This document shows positions 63,473-64,000 of a DNA stretch of 64,000 bases, piece after piece (positions within the stretch are counted from its first letter, which is position 1; every line of letters starts with the position of its first letter). The stretch is from a bacterium. Lineage in GTDB: Bacteria > Eisenbacteria > RBG-16-71-46. The notes under the pieces are model-generated. The model saw nothing but the letters and a program-made list of their open reading frames with translations. It ran no database searches and had not been told where the DNA came from. The position numbers were made by a program, and so were the translations under genes. The DNA is taken from assembly GCA_043779265.1 (NCBI GenBank), contig JAYWEM010000001.1, positions 19,717 through 83,716 on the forward strand. Reading direction: 5' to 3'.

Positions 63473-63993
63473 GCCACGCACTCCACGCCGGCCTCGCGCC
63501 GGACTCACGGCCCGCCGCACTCGATCACCTCGCAGATGGCATCGAGCGCGAACTCGAACTGGTGACGGCGCTGCGAGAGCAGCTGGCTGCGCAACGTGCC
63601 GCGATCGCGGCTTGCGACACCGCCGCCGTCCAGCACTCCTGCGACCTCGTCGCCCACACGCTGCAGTCGATGGAGAGCGCTCGGCGCGCACGGGCGACGG
63701 CGCTGGAGGTGCTCGGAGTCGAACCCGACACGTTGCTCTCCGACCTGCCGAACCATCTAGGGGGGGGGCTCCCAGCGCGACTCGAGATCGCCCGACAGGC
63801 GCTGCGCTCGATGGCCGAGCAAACGGCCGAGGATGCGACGATCCATCACACGATCCTGCGGCGCACGGTCGAGTCGGGGGAGGCCTATCTGCAGGCCCTG
63901 TTCTCCTCGGCCACCGATCCCGTGCCCGTCTATCGCACCGGAGATCGGGTTGCGGATGCTCAGTCGGGCTTCCTCCTCGATCGCAAGGCCTGA
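63469..63993 (+). CDS. flgN: Flagellar export chaperone FlgN
   Basis: Helical 174-aa protein after flgJ; 'L...QRAAI...D', C-terminal 'Y...GFLLDRKA'. Confidence 0.75.
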   Translation: MSHALHAGLAPDSRPAALDHLADGIERELELVTALREQLAAQRAAIAACDTAAVQHSCDLVAHTLQSMESARRARATALEVLGVEPDTLLSDLPNHLGGGLPARLEIARQALRSMAEQTAEDATIHHTILRRTVESGEAYLQALFSSATDPVPVYRTGDRVADAQSGFLLDRKA

Positions 63994-64000
63994 CATGTCG

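Noticed and set aside
63995..64000. ATG directly after flgN, probably the flgK start
   Set aside because: Only two codons are visible, so it cannot be supported as a feature.
1..64000. CRISPR arrays, tRNA/rRNA, transposases, integrases, defence systems
   Set aside because: None was recognised by eye; short repeats lie inside coding low-complexity regions and hairpins sit at gene ends.

Overview
High-GC bacterial window. Several secreted proteins carry FlgD-Ig/T9SS-like C-terminal tails, which suggests an FCB-related lineage such as Ca. Eisenbacteria or Gemmatimonadota (inference only). The right half (30.6-64 kb) is a flagellar cluster. A leftward block holds flgL, two short 271-aa flagellins, flbT, flaF, flgM and cheY. 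A rightward block runs from a sigma-54 activator through flgBC, fliE-K, flgDE, fliL-R (fliO fused to fliP), flhBAFG, fliA, flgFGAHIJ and flgN. The left half mixes secreted enzymes, glycogen genes (glgX, a secreted GH13) and PIG-L/SSS genes with three signalling modules: an RsbU/RsbW/STAS partner switch, a divergent HD-GYP pair, and an FHA / HEAT-repeat Ser/Thr kinase / twin-PilT operon. Reading the DNA shows (1) eight sigma-28-like promoters (TCAAG-like, N14-15, xCCGA) in front of both the late flagellar genes and these signalling modules, (2) three sigma-54 promoters, each with a shared upstream 15-bp dyad, (3) 12 of 61 called proteins ending in Ala-Ala, concentrated in the signalling and export proteins, and (4) repeated GAA-loop hairpins in both flagellin leaders. 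Together these point to a FliA-linked, probably ClpXP-timed, flagellum/pilus/c-di-GMP switching system. No RNA genes, CRISPR arrays or mobile elements were recognised.
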